Of a stretch of 64,000 nt of DNA, positions 26,411 through 35,387 are shown one piece after another. Positions within the stretch are counted from its first letter, which is position 1. The number at the start of each line of letters is the position of its first letter. Under the pieces are notes generated by a model. That model saw only the letters and a program-made list of their open reading frames with translations, was not told where the DNA came from and searched no databases. The DNA lies in NCBI GenBank assembly GCA_002402995.1, contig DHGX01000003.1, positions 82,309 through 146,308 on the forward strand, read 5' to 3'. The stretch comes from Patescibacteria group bacterium UBA4787 (GTDB lineage Bacteria > Patescibacteriota > Patescibacteriia > UBA2591 > UBA4787). Position numbers and translations under genes: made by a program.

Positions 26411-27784
26411 TTATGCGCCAAAAAATTTAATTGCTCTGGCTAATTCTTCGTGATCTTTGGCGTATTCGTTAATATCTATCTTTTTCTGATATGCTTCGCA
26501 GGCCTGCAAAACGGCCATGGCGCCGGCCCTGGTGCCATCTGGATGCGCGTGTACGCCCGCGCCCATCGTGGTTATGAAATCAACCGTGCCCATGATATCA
26601 ATAATCGCTTTTAATTTTGTCGGATTAAGCCCGCCGGAAAGAATAGGTGTAGATTTTTGAATGCCACGCCATAATTCATCGTTTAAATTTAAAGAGTTTG
26701 TTTCGTCCTCGGCTTCTATACGAGCTAAATCTTTATCGGCGTGGGAAATTTTTCCCCATTTTTGGGAAAAGAAATATCCCTCGGACTTGAATTTTAAAAG
26801 CGCGTGCGAGGCGACTAAATCTTCGTCCGGACTGCCAGCCATTTTGCCGATCCCTGACGTCCCTACATGAATACCCGAAGCTCCGGCTAATCTGGCGAAT
26901 TTAGCCAAAACTAAATTAGTGAAACCAATCGGATTTTCTTCTCGGGTGAAAGCGCCGTGCATGGCGCGATGGAAGTGCAGAAACACGTCGGGATAGCGCC
27001 GTCTGATGGTTTGAACTGCCGTCCAACCAGCCGTAATTCCATCAACCAAAAAAGCATAACTGCCCGGCTCAAAAGTGTCTTTAATTAAGTCGGCTCTTTT
27101 AATCATTGCGTCAAAATCAGCAGCCGAGATATTGAAGGAATGTATTTTTTTACGTCCGGTTTCTTGGACTGCTTTATCCATTGCTTGTTTGACGTATTTA
27201 ACCATGTGTTCATAGGGGCAAAAATCTTGATCAGCTTGCGGCTCGTCGTTTTTAACGAAGTCGCCACCACCCGACCAAAAATCATAACAGACTTCCGCGT
27301 ATTGAGAAGCGGTTAAGCCCATTTTGGGTTTAATAATTGCGCCCAAGATCGGTCGATCATAAACATCTAAATATTTTCTTAAATTATCAATATTGCGGGC
27401 TGGGCCGTCGTATTGTTCTAACATTTCCGCAGGAAACCACACGTCTAAAAGTTTTAACGCCTTAGCTTCTTTCATGCCGAAAACATTGCCGACGATAAAA
27501 GTTAAGATGTTTTGAATGTTTCCGCCTCGGTCAAATAAACGCCACGGATAGGCGATCCAAACCAAATTCTTTTGTTCATCAACTTTGTAAACTAAGGCGT
27601 CTAAGGAATGGGAAAAATCAGTGGCCGTGCCTACTTCTATGTTCGAGCCGGTTGATGATTCGGCTGCCACTTCGGTGGCCGCGGATAAAAGATCGCCACT
27701 CTCCGGAACTAAGTGAAAAACGGCTAACATATATTGGCCGTTCTGCGGATTATTTAGATCTAATTTAAGATAAGCTTTTTGCAT
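26411..27784 (-). CDS. rbcL: Ribulose-1,5-bisphosphate carboxylase/oxygenase large subunit, form II/III-like (CPR/archaeal type).
   Basis: RuBisCO large-subunit motifs IKPKMGLTASQYAEVCYDFWSGGGDFVKNDEPQ (carbamylated Lys and Mg ligands present), HFHRAMHGAF, GGLNPTK. Length 457 aa. No small-subunit gene adjacent. Confidence 0.85.
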   Translation of the reverse strand: MQKAYLKLDLNNPQNGQYMLAVFHLVPESGDLLSAATEVAAESSTGSNIEVGTATDFSHSLDALVYKVDEQKNLVWIAYPWRLFDRGGNIQNILTFIVGNVFGMKEAKALKLLDVWFPAEMLEQYDGPARNIDNLRKYLDVYDRPILGAIIKPKMGLTASQYAEVCYDFWSGGGDFVKNDEPQADQDFCPYEHMVKYVKQAMDKAVQETGRKKIHSFNISAADFDAMIKRADLIKDTFEPGSYAFLVDGITAGWTAVQTIRRRYPDVFLHFHRAMHGAFTREENPIGFTNLVLAKFARLAGASGIHVGTSGIGKMAGSPDEDLVASHALLKFKSEGYFFSQKWGKISHADKDLARIEAEDETNSLNLNDELWRGIQKSTPILSGGLNPTKLKAIIDIMGTVDFITTMGAGVHAHPDGTRAGAMAVLQACEAYQKKIDINEYAKDHEELARAIKFFGA

Positions 27785-27925
27785 ACCAGGTAGTAGAAAT
27801 TTGATTAGTTTTATTATTTAATTTCATAACAAAAATAAATATTGGATTATTCATGGTCAGTATAACGTAAATTACACTTCCTTACCAGTAGAAATAAATA
27901 TATCAAATTTTCACTACCTGGCATA
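27783..27925 (-). repeat. Inverted-repeat bracket element, copy 2 (inverted). Its right-end repeat terminates in the RuBisCO start codon (ggtATG).
   Basis: On the minus strand it reads ATGCCAGGTAGTGAAAATTT...ATCAAATTTCTACTACCTGGTATG, followed by caaaaagc. The terminal ATG is the rbcL start at 27782-27784. Confidence 0.7.
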
Positions 27926-28053
27926 AATTTTATTTTTAGATTAATTTTAAGCTAATTACATTATATTATTTTTCTCAATAATATTCAACCTTGTTTTAAG
28001 TTGGCAAAAAGAGATTTCCATTGTTTAGTTTATTAAAAAATACGAAAAAATCA

Positions 28054-28108
28054 AACACCTAGAATCAAAAAAGCCAGCTAAAAGCTGACTTTTTTCTGCA
28101 AAAGGGTC
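28054..28108. repeat. Repeated terminator-like module, copy 1 (aatcaaaaaagccagc-N-gctgacttttttctgcaaaagggtcg). On the minus strand it is a stem-loop plus T-run.
   Basis: Copies also lie at 28992-29040, 29384-29445 and 39140-39208. The last abuts the 3' end of tRNA-His. Confidence 0.7.
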
Positions 28109-28117
28109 GACAAGAGA

Positions 28118-28175
28118 AATTTATTAGAACCTGTTTAAGGGGGTTGGGGGAGTGTTCGGTGGGGGAGATATGCCG
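28118..28175. repeat. About 55-nt repeat (ttattagaacctgtttaagggggttgggggagtgttcggtgggggagatat), copy 1. Copy 2 is at 37926-37978.
   Basis: Read directly. Both copies sit immediately 3' of minus-strand gene stops (doc at 28192; CYTH at 37995). Confidence 0.7.
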
Positions 28176-28191
28176 TTAAAACGCGTCCCTC

Positions 28192-28632
28192 TTAATTTTT
28201 GACCTTCCGGTCCTGCTGAAGATTAATCAGGTGAGATTTTAAAAAACGCTCAATACTCTTGATTGCCTGGTCTTTCACTTCAGATGGGCTTTGCGCTATC
28301 CAAATGGCAAAATTATAAAGCTCCTGATTGTCAACTTTCAGCCATTTTTTATTTTTATAAAGAAAATAGAACAAAGTGGTTATGGCGATTCGCTTATTGC
28401 CATTCTGAAAAGGGTGATTTTTATTTAGTAAATAAAAAAGAATAGCCGCCTTGCCGAGCAGTCCTTTATAAAGCGGCTTCTTTTGAAAGGTTTGAAAAGG
28501 CACGGCAACGCAACTCTCTAAAATATTAGGATAACGAGTCTCAAAATCGGGAATTGGCTCGTTGAAGCTCATTGATTCTCGAGCTAATTGAAAGGCAACT
28601 AATTTTATTTGTACCACATTAACGGTTTTCAT
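28192..28632 (-). CDS. doc: Doc (death-on-curing)/Fic-fold toxin of a type II toxin-antitoxin pair.
   Basis: Fic/Doc active-site motif HPFQNGNKRIA. Gene overlaps the upstream small HTH gene by 1 nt, a typical TA arrangement. Confidence 0.75.
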   Translation of the reverse strand: MKTVNVVQIKLVAFQLARESMSFNEPIPDFETRYPNILESCVAVPFQTFQKKPLYKGLLGKAAILFYLLNKNHPFQNGNKRIAITTLFYFLYKNKKWLKVDNQELYNFAIWIAQSPSEVKDQAIKSIERFLKSHLINLQQDRKVKN

Positions 28633-28889
28633 TATTCTCGGCCTAATAATTTAAGAGCTTCTCCATATTCTTTGACGGTTTTTTTGACCGCTGCGTTAAT
28701 AGTTTTTTTGTTTTCCTCGGTTAAATTTTGTCCTAAAATATGGCCCAAGTCTTTACGGTGGATAACAAAATTTCGGCCAACTTTCATGGCCTTAATTTCA
28801 CCTTTTTTTATTTTTTTAAAAACCGCCACATGGCTAACGCCTAAAATCTTGGCCAGTTCGGTCGCAGAAAAGAAGTTTTTATTTTCCAT
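28632..28889 (-). CDS. Helix-turn-helix (AlpA/excisionase-MerR-like) DNA-binding protein, the putative antitoxin/regulator for Doc.
   Basis: HTH segment SATELAKILGVSHVAVFKKIKKGEIKAMKVGRNFVI. Sits upstream of and overlapping doc. A perfect 20-bp palindrome (aggttaatatatattaacct, 28917-28936) in its promoter region is a likely autoregulatory operator. Confidence 0.65.
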   Translation of the reverse strand: MENKNFFSATELAKILGVSHVAVFKKIKKGEIKAMKVGRNFVIHRKDLGHILGQNLTEENKKTINAAVKKTVKEYGEALKLLGRE

Positions 28890-29106
28890 AAATTTCTATA
28901 TTAACTGACTAAAGATAGGTTAATATATATTAACCTATTAGTCAATGGTTAATATGTGGATAAATAAACGTAAATTCACTATCGACCGCCAATACGTCAA
29001 AATCAAAAAAGCCAGCCATGGGCTGACTCTTCTGTAAAAAAATGGCAAGAAAACTGATATGAAAAAAGACGAGCTTATTATCGCTCGTCTTCAATTTTTG
29101 ACGCAC

Positions 29107-29307
29107 TTACAAGAGGAATTTTTCCAGGTTAACTTTTTCGACTATTTTCCCGTTCTTGTCGATTGTGGCCAGTTTTCCCTGAGAGGCCAGTTGTACGAAA
29201 GCGAGTGCGGTCACGAAAATGGCTTTTTCCGTAAACCCCTTTTTCTTCAGCTCGTTGATGAACTCTTGTGCTCCATCATCGAACGTCATGGTAATGGTGG
29301 GCGGCAT
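29107..29307 (-). CDS. Small hypothetical protein (66 aa).
   Basis: More protein-like than the overlapping 100-aa + strand ORF. Function unknown. Confidence 0.35.
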   Translation of the reverse strand: MPPTITMTFDDGAQEFINELKKKGFTEKAIFVTALAFVQLASQGKLATIDKNGKIVEKVNLEKFLL

Positions 29308-29460
29308 TTGGGAACTCCTTTGTTTTATTTGTTGTTCAATGAACTTAATTCGGTTAAATAAATCTTAATAAAAAAATCGTTTTTTGTCAAGATGATAAAA
29401 TCAAAAAAGCCAGCTATTAGCTGACTCTTCTGTAAAAGGGTCGTATCGCTGCCGAGATGT

Positions 29461-29652
29461 ATGAATTTCACAGATCAAAAAATAAAAGAATTTAATGCGG
29501 CAACAACCGAGGTAGCCCGGCAGAACGACCTCATTTTAGTTGATTTGTATAAAGTGCTTAGTTCAGAAGAAACAAGCGATTATGATTGTCTCCACCCCAA
29601 TATTGCCGGCCAAGAGAAAATAGCGCAAGAATTTATAGAGAATTTGCGATAA
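29461..29652 (+). pseudogene. C-terminal fragment of an SGNH/GDSL-hydrolase (catalytic Asp-x-x-His block DCLHPN).
   Basis: The 63-aa ORF carries only the C-terminal SGNH block V (YDCLHPNIAGQEKIAQEF). No N-terminal GDS(L) block is present, so this is probably a gene remnant in an accessory patch. Confidence 0.45.
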
Positions 29653-29738
29653 AAATACAAAATTTATTTTATTTTTTACTTGATAAATTCTCATTATAGA
29701 CTATAATAATTATTAATTGAAAGAATAAAAATTTAATC

Positions 29739-31403
29739 ATGGAACTCGAAGAGCTAAAAAAATTGTTGAATAAAGAGAAGGGCATTGAAAAGCTTGATTT
29801 TATCGCCATTCAAGAAGAGGCAGAATATAAAGGCGAGAGTATTGAAGATTTACTGATAGAAAAAAATTTAATTTCTTCTAGACAATTAGGAGGGTTAATC
29901 GCTCAAAAATTTAAAGTCCCTTTTGTTGATTTAAAAACCGAACCTATTTCCGAAGAAGTTCTTCGGATTATTCCTGAGGTCGTGGCCAGAAATCGACAAA
30001 TTGTCGCTTTTGCTCGAGATAAAAATGGCTTGAAAGTGGCCATGGCTCATCCGGACGATTTAGAAATGATTCAATGGCTTGAGAAAAAAACTGGCGAGAA
30101 AATTATGCCTTTTTATAGTTATTTGGGTCAGATTAAAGAAGCGCTAGATTATTATAAAAAAGAATTAAAAGTTGCTTTTGAAGAAATTATTAAGAATCAG
30201 ATTGAAGAAGCTAAAGATAAGGCGCCCGAAAGCCCCCCTATCATAAAACTAGTGGATACTTTACTCGAATACGGTTATATAAACCGGGCTTCGGATATTC
30301 ATATTGAACCAGAAGAAACAAAAACAGATGTCCGATTTAGAATAGACGGAGTTTTACATCAAGTGCTTACGTTCGATAAAGATATCCACCGATTAGTAAT
30401 CGCCAGAATAAAAATATTGTCTAATCTCCATACCGACGAACATTTTATCCCCCAAGACGGTAAATTCGGAGTTAAATATGATGGGGAAAAATTTGGAATC
30501 AGAGTTTCTGTTATCCCTGTTACTCATGGAGAAAAAGTAGTTATGCGACTTTTAGCAGAAAGGACTAGGCAATTCAACTTAGGTAACTTAGGACTCTCTC
30601 CGGCAGATTTTAAAATTGTTGAAACTAACATCAAGAAACCCTGGGGCATGATTTTATCAACTGGCCCTACGGGTTGTGGAAAAACCACCACTTTATACAC
30701 TATTTTAAAACTACTTAACAAATCAGGAGTTAACATCACTACCATTGAAGACCCTATAGAATATGATATGGCCGGGATTAATCAAATACAGGTCAACCCT
30801 AAAGCAGGGCTCACTTTCGCTGCCGGTTTGCGTTCTATCGTTCGACAGGATCCGAACATTATCATGGTTGGAGAAATCAGAGACACAGAAACCGCCTCTA
30901 TCGCTGTAAACTCGGCCATGACTGGTCATTTAGTGCTCTCTACCCTCCACACCAATAATGCCGCTACTACTTTGCCCAGGCTTATAGACATGGGAATCGA
31001 ACCATTTTTAGTTGCTTCCTCGACTAATATTATTATCGGCCAGCGATTGGTGCGAAAAATTTGTCCAAAATGCAGCCAAACATATTCTATCAAGCTAACA
31101 GAACTCGGCGAACTCCAGGACATAATGACCCAAAAAGCGAAAGGAAAAACAGAAATCATGCTCTCTCGGGGTCATGGTTGTCCGCTTTGTGGACACACTG
31201 GATATATAGGAAGAATCGGTATTTTCGAAATACTGCAAGTTGAAAAAAATATTCAAAATTTAATTACCAAACAAGCCGACGCAGGAGAAATTCAAGCCGC
31301 AGCTATAAAAAACGGAATGACGACTATGCTTGAAGATGGTATTTCGAAAATGCTCGCAGGCATTACCACGTTAGAAGAAATTTTAAGAGTGATTAGAGAG
31401 TAA
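29739..31403 (+). CDS. pilB: Type IV pilus assembly ATPase PilB (GspE family).
   Basis: N-terminal GSPII_E_N-like domain. Walker A GPTGCGKTTTLY. Asp/His boxes. Tetracysteine motif CPKC...CPLCGHTGYIGRIG. Confidence 0.9.
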   Translation: MELEELKKLLNKEKGIEKLDFIAIQEEAEYKGESIEDLLIEKNLISSRQLGGLIAQKFKVPFVDLKTEPISEEVLRIIPEVVARNRQIVAFARDKNGLKVAMAHPDDLEMIQWLEKKTGEKIMPFYSYLGQIKEALDYYKKELKVAFEEIIKNQIEEAKDKAPESPPIIKLVDTLLEYGYINRASDIHIEPEETKTDVRFRIDGVLHQVLTFDKDIHRLVIARIKILSNLHTDEHFIPQDGKFGVKYDGEKFGIRVSVIPVTHGEKVVMRLLAERTRQFNLGNLGLSPADFKIVETNIKKPWGMILSTGPTGCGKTTTLYTILKLLNKSGVNITTIEDPIEYDMAGINQIQVNPKAGLTFAAGLRSIVRQDPNIIMVGEIRDTETASIAVNSAMTGHLVLSTLHTNNAATTLPRLIDMGIEPFLVASSTNIIIGQRLVRKICPKCSQTYSIKLTELGELQDIMTQKAKGKTEIMLSRGHGCPLCGHTGYIGRIGIFEILQVEKNIQNLITKQADAGEIQAAAIKNGMTTMLEDGISKMLAGITTLEEILRVIRE

Positions 31404-31405
31404 AT

Positions 31406-32455
31406 ATGAATATCTTCAAACGAGTAACTCTTTTAGAGAAAATTATTGCCGTTAAACACCTTTCGCTTATGATTAGGTCCGGGTTAACACTCTCGGCTGG
31501 CTTTAAAATTTTAGAGCAGCAAGCGCGAGGGTATTTTAAAGAAGTGCTTTGGGCAATTATGGCCCGCATGCAAGAAGGACAAACTTTAGCTGAAAGCTTG
31601 GCAAAATTTCCTCATATATTCCAGCCCATTTTTTTAAATTTAATTAAAGTTGGAGAAAAATCAGGTACCTTAGAAAAAACCCTTTCTTATCTATCTGAAT
31701 ATTTAGAGAAAAGTATGGTTTTACGCAGAAAAATACGCGGGGCCATGCTTTACCCAGTCTTTACTTTGATAATAGCCGTTGGAGTCGGATTATCGGTGGC
31801 TATTTTTATCTTACCGAGACTGACCCAAGTTTTTACCAGCTTAAATGTCAAACTTCCTGTTGCTACCAGAATTCTATTGTTTCTAGCCAGATTTTTTGAA
31901 AGTTATGGTCTCTGGGTATTCTTCGGCATTTTAATATTAATTGGAACACTTATCTGGCTTAGTCAACAAAAATTCGCGAAACCATATTTTCATAAATTAA
32001 TCTTACATTTGCCCCTAATAGGACGGATTTCTCGCGATCATAACTTAGCTATTTTTACCAGAATTCTAGGCACGCTTCTTAAAAGTGGATTATCTATAAA
32101 AGAGAGCCTTGAGATTACTTCTGAGAGCACTGATAATTTTGTTTATGGTAGATATGTCAAATCTCTAATCGGTCTGGTTGAGCAGGGAAAAACTTTGTCC
32201 AGCGGTCTTCAAGATAATTTTCTCTTTCCTGGAATAGCAGTTCAAATAATTGAAATTGGCGAAGAAACCGGCAGTTTGGAAGAATCTCTTTTATATTTGA
32301 CTCAATTCTATGAGGAAGAGGTCAGTTATGCCAGCGAAAATTTATCCACTGCTTTAGAGCCGATACTCCTTATTATTATTGGTATAGTTGTCGCCTTTGT
32401 GGCTTTGGCTATTATCACCCCTATTTATCAAATAACCGCTGGTATGAATATCTAG
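31406..32455 (+). CDS. pilC: Type IV pilus platform protein PilC (GspF family).
   Basis: Two GspF-type repeats and three TM segments, immediately downstream of pilB. Confidence 0.85.
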   Translation: MNIFKRVTLLEKIIAVKHLSLMIRSGLTLSAGFKILEQQARGYFKEVLWAIMARMQEGQTLAESLAKFPHIFQPIFLNLIKVGEKSGTLEKTLSYLSEYLEKSMVLRRKIRGAMLYPVFTLIIAVGVGLSVAIFILPRLTQVFTSLNVKLPVATRILLFLARFFESYGLWVFFGILILIGTLIWLSQQKFAKPYFHKLILHLPLIGRISRDHNLAIFTRILGTLLKSGLSIKESLEITSESTDNFVYGRYVKSLIGLVEQGKTLSSGLQDNFLFPGIAVQIIEIGEETGSLEESLLYLTQFYEEEVSYASENLSTALEPILLIIIGIVVAFVALAIITPIYQITAGMNI

Positions 32456-32550
32456 TAGGTGAATAAAGAGTATCAAATTTTGTATTTATTTGCTCGACCG
32501 AAAAAACAAATTTATTCGCTTCTCTTTCGCTTGTTCACAAATAAACAATT

Positions 32551-33012
32551 ATGAAAATTAGAGCTTTTACTTTAATCGAAACCCTTTTGTTCGTTGTCGG
32601 ATTTAGTATTTTAATTGTGATAGCCTTTCCTGTTTTGCGTCTTCTTTTGACGGCGAATTATCTTAACATCGCAACTACGGAAATAGTCCAAAGTTTACGC
32701 CAGGCTCAAACTAGTGCTATAAATGGCGCCGGAGACAGCAGGTGGGGCGTTTTTTTTGATACAAGCAATAATAAATTTATTTTTTTTAAGGGCGATAATT
32801 TTTTGAATCGAATTCAGTCATATGATTTGGCGACAGAATTGCCCAAATCAGTCGTATTTAAAAATATTAATTTGAATGGAGGTGGGAGCGAGATAGTGTT
32901 TGAAAAAATAAGCGGTCAAATTAATCAATATGGATCTCTGTCTATTTCGGGATTAAATCATGAAACAAAAAACATTGTCATTAATGAATATGGATCAATA
33001 GAAATAGAATGA
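32551..33012 (+). CDS. Pseudopilin/minor pilin with a class III signal (AFTLIETLL).
   Basis: N-terminal MKIRAFTLIETLLFVVGFSILI matches the prepilin cleavage/methylation motif (G/A)FTLIE. Confidence 0.7.
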   Translation: MKIRAFTLIETLLFVVGFSILIVIAFPVLRLLLTANYLNIATTEIVQSLRQAQTSAINGAGDSRWGVFFDTSNNKFIFFKGDNFLNRIQSYDLATELPKSVVFKNINLNGGGSEIVFEKISGQINQYGSLSISGLNHETKNIVINEYGSIEIE

Positions 33013-34346
33013 AGATAAACAAAAAAGCGCAAATATTAATAGAAATTTCGATTGGGATGGGGTTGTTCGCCATGATAGCCGCCGCTCTTATAACTTTGAC
33101 TATTGGCTCATACCAATCCAATATTCAAACTGCGAAAGAAACTAAGGCCAGCCATTTGGCTAGCGAAGGAATAGAGGCAGCGCAAGCTATTAAGAATTAT
33201 AATTGGGAAAATTTGGCGAATGGTTCTCATGGATTGACTTATGTCAATGGTTTTTGGGAAATTCAGGACTCTTCTCCCGAAAATATTGGCCCCTACACTA
33301 GAGAAATTATTGTCGAATCTCTGTCTCGCCAGAATAATTTTTGCGGTTCACTTCAAGGGCAAGGTGTAATTGACCCCGACATTAAGAAGGTGATTTCAAA
33401 AATAACCTGGCAATCTGCTCCGTCCAAATCTAGAACCATAGAATTGGTTTCTTATTTTAGTAATTGGGCGAATCCCGAAGAAACTAAATGTTCAAAATGC
33501 GAATTATACGAGATATCTTCTGTCGTGGAGTTTGATGCAAGCGCCGTCCTGGATTGGTCGGGCAAAGATGTCGTTATTAAACTAAACGGACACTTAAAGG
33601 CTGATTCTAAAAATAACCCCATTACTTTAACCATCAATACTGATTGCAGTTTAATTATTGAAGACGGAGGTAAAATAACAGCCGAAGGCAGTTCGTCAAA
33701 TGGTAATGGAGGAGTTATTAATATTACCGCACCCGAGGTAAATATAGCCGGAACAATTTCGACTAATGGTTATTCTTCACAGCCAACAGGATTATTAGCC
33801 AATGGCGGTTTAATTAATATAGAGACAACCGATCTGGGCATATCAATTAGCGGTAAAATGAGATCCTGGGGATATACTTTTTCATCAAATATAAATAGTC
33901 TTGGTGGAACAATTAATGTTAAGACAACAGATTTCAACCATCAAGGCGAAATTTCTGTTAATGCTTTAAATGTGCCAAATGCTAACGACAAACCAGATGC
34001 CGGAACAATTAATATTGAGTGTCAAGACTTCGTGAATAGCGGAGGAATTAGTGCAGATACTTATGGCAAGCAAGGGCACGGTGGCATTATAAATATTAAG
34101 ACTGTGAACAATAGTTCTTCCAGTAATACTAATATCACCGCTGATAGCCGGGGGACTGCCGGATCAGCGCATGGTGGCCAAATTTATTTTACGGCCAATC
34201 AGTTGAATATTTTGAACAGCAATGTTTCTGCCATGGATATAGAAAATAATAGAAAACCAGGAATCACCGCTTTAATTTATTGTCAAAAAAATTTCACCGG
34301 CACTACTTTTAATCCTCAGCCAGGAGAAACAATATTATGTCCTTAA
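33009..34346 (+). CDS. Pilus-associated protein with a pilin-like hydrophobic N-terminus and a parallel beta-helix-like repeat body; putative tip adhesin.
   Basis: N-terminal QILIEISIGMGLFAMIAAALITL. Repeats of the GG(V/L/T)INI...G(T/I)IS type. Translationally coupled to the preceding pseudopilin (4-nt overlap). Confidence 0.55.
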   Translation: MKINKKAQILIEISIGMGLFAMIAAALITLTIGSYQSNIQTAKETKASHLASEGIEAAQAIKNYNWENLANGSHGLTYVNGFWEIQDSSPENIGPYTREIIVESLSRQNNFCGSLQGQGVIDPDIKKVISKITWQSAPSKSRTIELVSYFSNWANPEETKCSKCELYEISSVVEFDASAVLDWSGKDVVIKLNGHLKADSKNNPITLTINTDCSLIIEDGGKITAEGSSSNGNGGVINITAPEVNIAGTISTNGYSSQPTGLLANGGLINIETTDLGISISGKMRSWGYTFSSNINSLGGTINVKTTDFNHQGEISVNALNVPNANDKPDAGTINIECQDFVNSGGISADTYGKQGHGGIINIKTVNNSSSSNTNITADSRGTAGSAHGGQIYFTANQLNILNSNVSAMDIENNRKPGITALIYCQKNFTGTTFNPQPGETILCP

Positions 34347-34375
34347 GCAAAAATCAACTATTCAAAATATAAAAC

Positions 34376-34969
34376 ATGGAAAATAACGATATAATAAAAT
34401 TTAAATCAATCCAAGATTCCGGGTTCAAAGTTCTAAATTTCAATAAAGGATTTACTCTTATAGAATTGATTATTTATACGGCCTTAGTAGGTTTAATAGC
34501 TGTGGCTGTTATTGGTTTTGCCTGGAATATTATCAATGCCCGAATTAAAAATGAGGCTTACCAAGAAGTAGAACAAAATCTGCGTTTTGGGATGGAGAAA
34601 ATCACTCAAGCAATTCGAGAGGCAGATGATATTTCTACTACAGATTCCGTCTTTAATGTTTCGCCGGGCAAACTTACTCTTAAATATCCAAACAAAGATA
34701 TGATTTTTGACGTATCCGCCAAGATTATTAATATCGGTGGGCAGGATGTAGAAATTCATAAACTAAGGATTAAAGACGGGAACAATGATTCTAAAGATTT
34801 AACTTCTAATAAGGTCGATATAATCAATTTCACATTGACTAATTTAACTCGCGGTTCTGAACCCAAAAATATTAAAATTGATTTAACCATAAAACATGTT
34901 AATCCTACCCAAAATCTTAAATGGGCAGCTGAAATTTTTTCCGAAACGGCTGCCTCTATTAGAAAATAG
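34376..34969 (+). CDS. Type IV pilin-like protein (prepilin motif KGFTLIELII) with a long leader.
   Basis: GFTLIELIIYTALVGLIAVAVIG prepilin N-terminal domain. Confidence 0.7.
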   Translation: MENNDIIKFKSIQDSGFKVLNFNKGFTLIELIIYTALVGLIAVAVIGFAWNIINARIKNEAYQEVEQNLRFGMEKITQAIREADDISTTDSVFNVSPGKLTLKYPNKDMIFDVSAKIINIGGQDVEIHKLRIKDGNNDSKDLTSNKVDIINFTLTNLTRGSEPKNIKIDLTIKHVNPTQNLKWAAEIFSETAASIRK

Positions 34970-34970
34970 T

Positions 34971-35375
34971 ATGCGAATAACATGCTACGAATGCGCACCG
35001 GCGAATAATTCTAAAAATAGAGCAGCCACCCTGCTGATAATGATTTTAATTATTAGCGCTATTACTCTGGCTATTACCTTGAGCGTTGCTTTAACGGGCA
35101 TAGGTCAGATGCGGATGGGCGTCGGTTATTTCCAGTCTACGAAAGCGCTGGATTGTGCTAAAGCGTGTATGGATGAGGCATTGCTCCAGCTTATTCGAAG
35201 TTCTGATTACAGTGGCGGGAACTTGATTTTAGACGACGGAGATTGTAATATTAATATAAATAGATCCGGCCCGAATCCAATTATCACCGCAATTGGCAAT
35301 TTTAAAGAATTTACTAAAAAAATAACAGTCGAACTTGATTTGACTAATAAAAAAATTTTAACTTGGCAGGAATAA
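34971..35375 (+). CDS. Minor pilin/pseudopilin-like protein (PilX/GspK-like N-terminus).
   Basis: Hydrophobic N-terminal helix RAATLLIMILIISAITLAITLSVALTGIG. Start set at the ATG at 34971 to avoid overlap. Lies inside the pilus operon. Confidence 0.5.
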   Translation: MRITCYECAPANNSKNRAATLLIMILIISAITLAITLSVALTGIGQMRMGVGYFQSTKALDCAKACMDEALLQLIRSSDYSGGNLILDDGDCNININRSGPNPIITAIGNFKEFTKKITVELDLTNKKILTWQE

Positions 35376-35387
35376 ACCCCGACGATC

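Noticed and set aside
29059-29361. 100-aa + strand ORF overlapping the 66-aa minus-strand ORF.
   Set aside because: It is Phe/Leu-rich with a low-complexity translation and no RBS. The opposite-strand ORF looks more protein-like. Both are uncertain.
29384-29400. Extended -10 promoter TGATAAAAT inside the repeated terminator-like module, read on the + strand.
   Set aside because: The motif is present, but the module is oriented as a terminator for minus-strand transcripts and the motif recurs with the repeat itself. I could not support promoter function from sequence alone.
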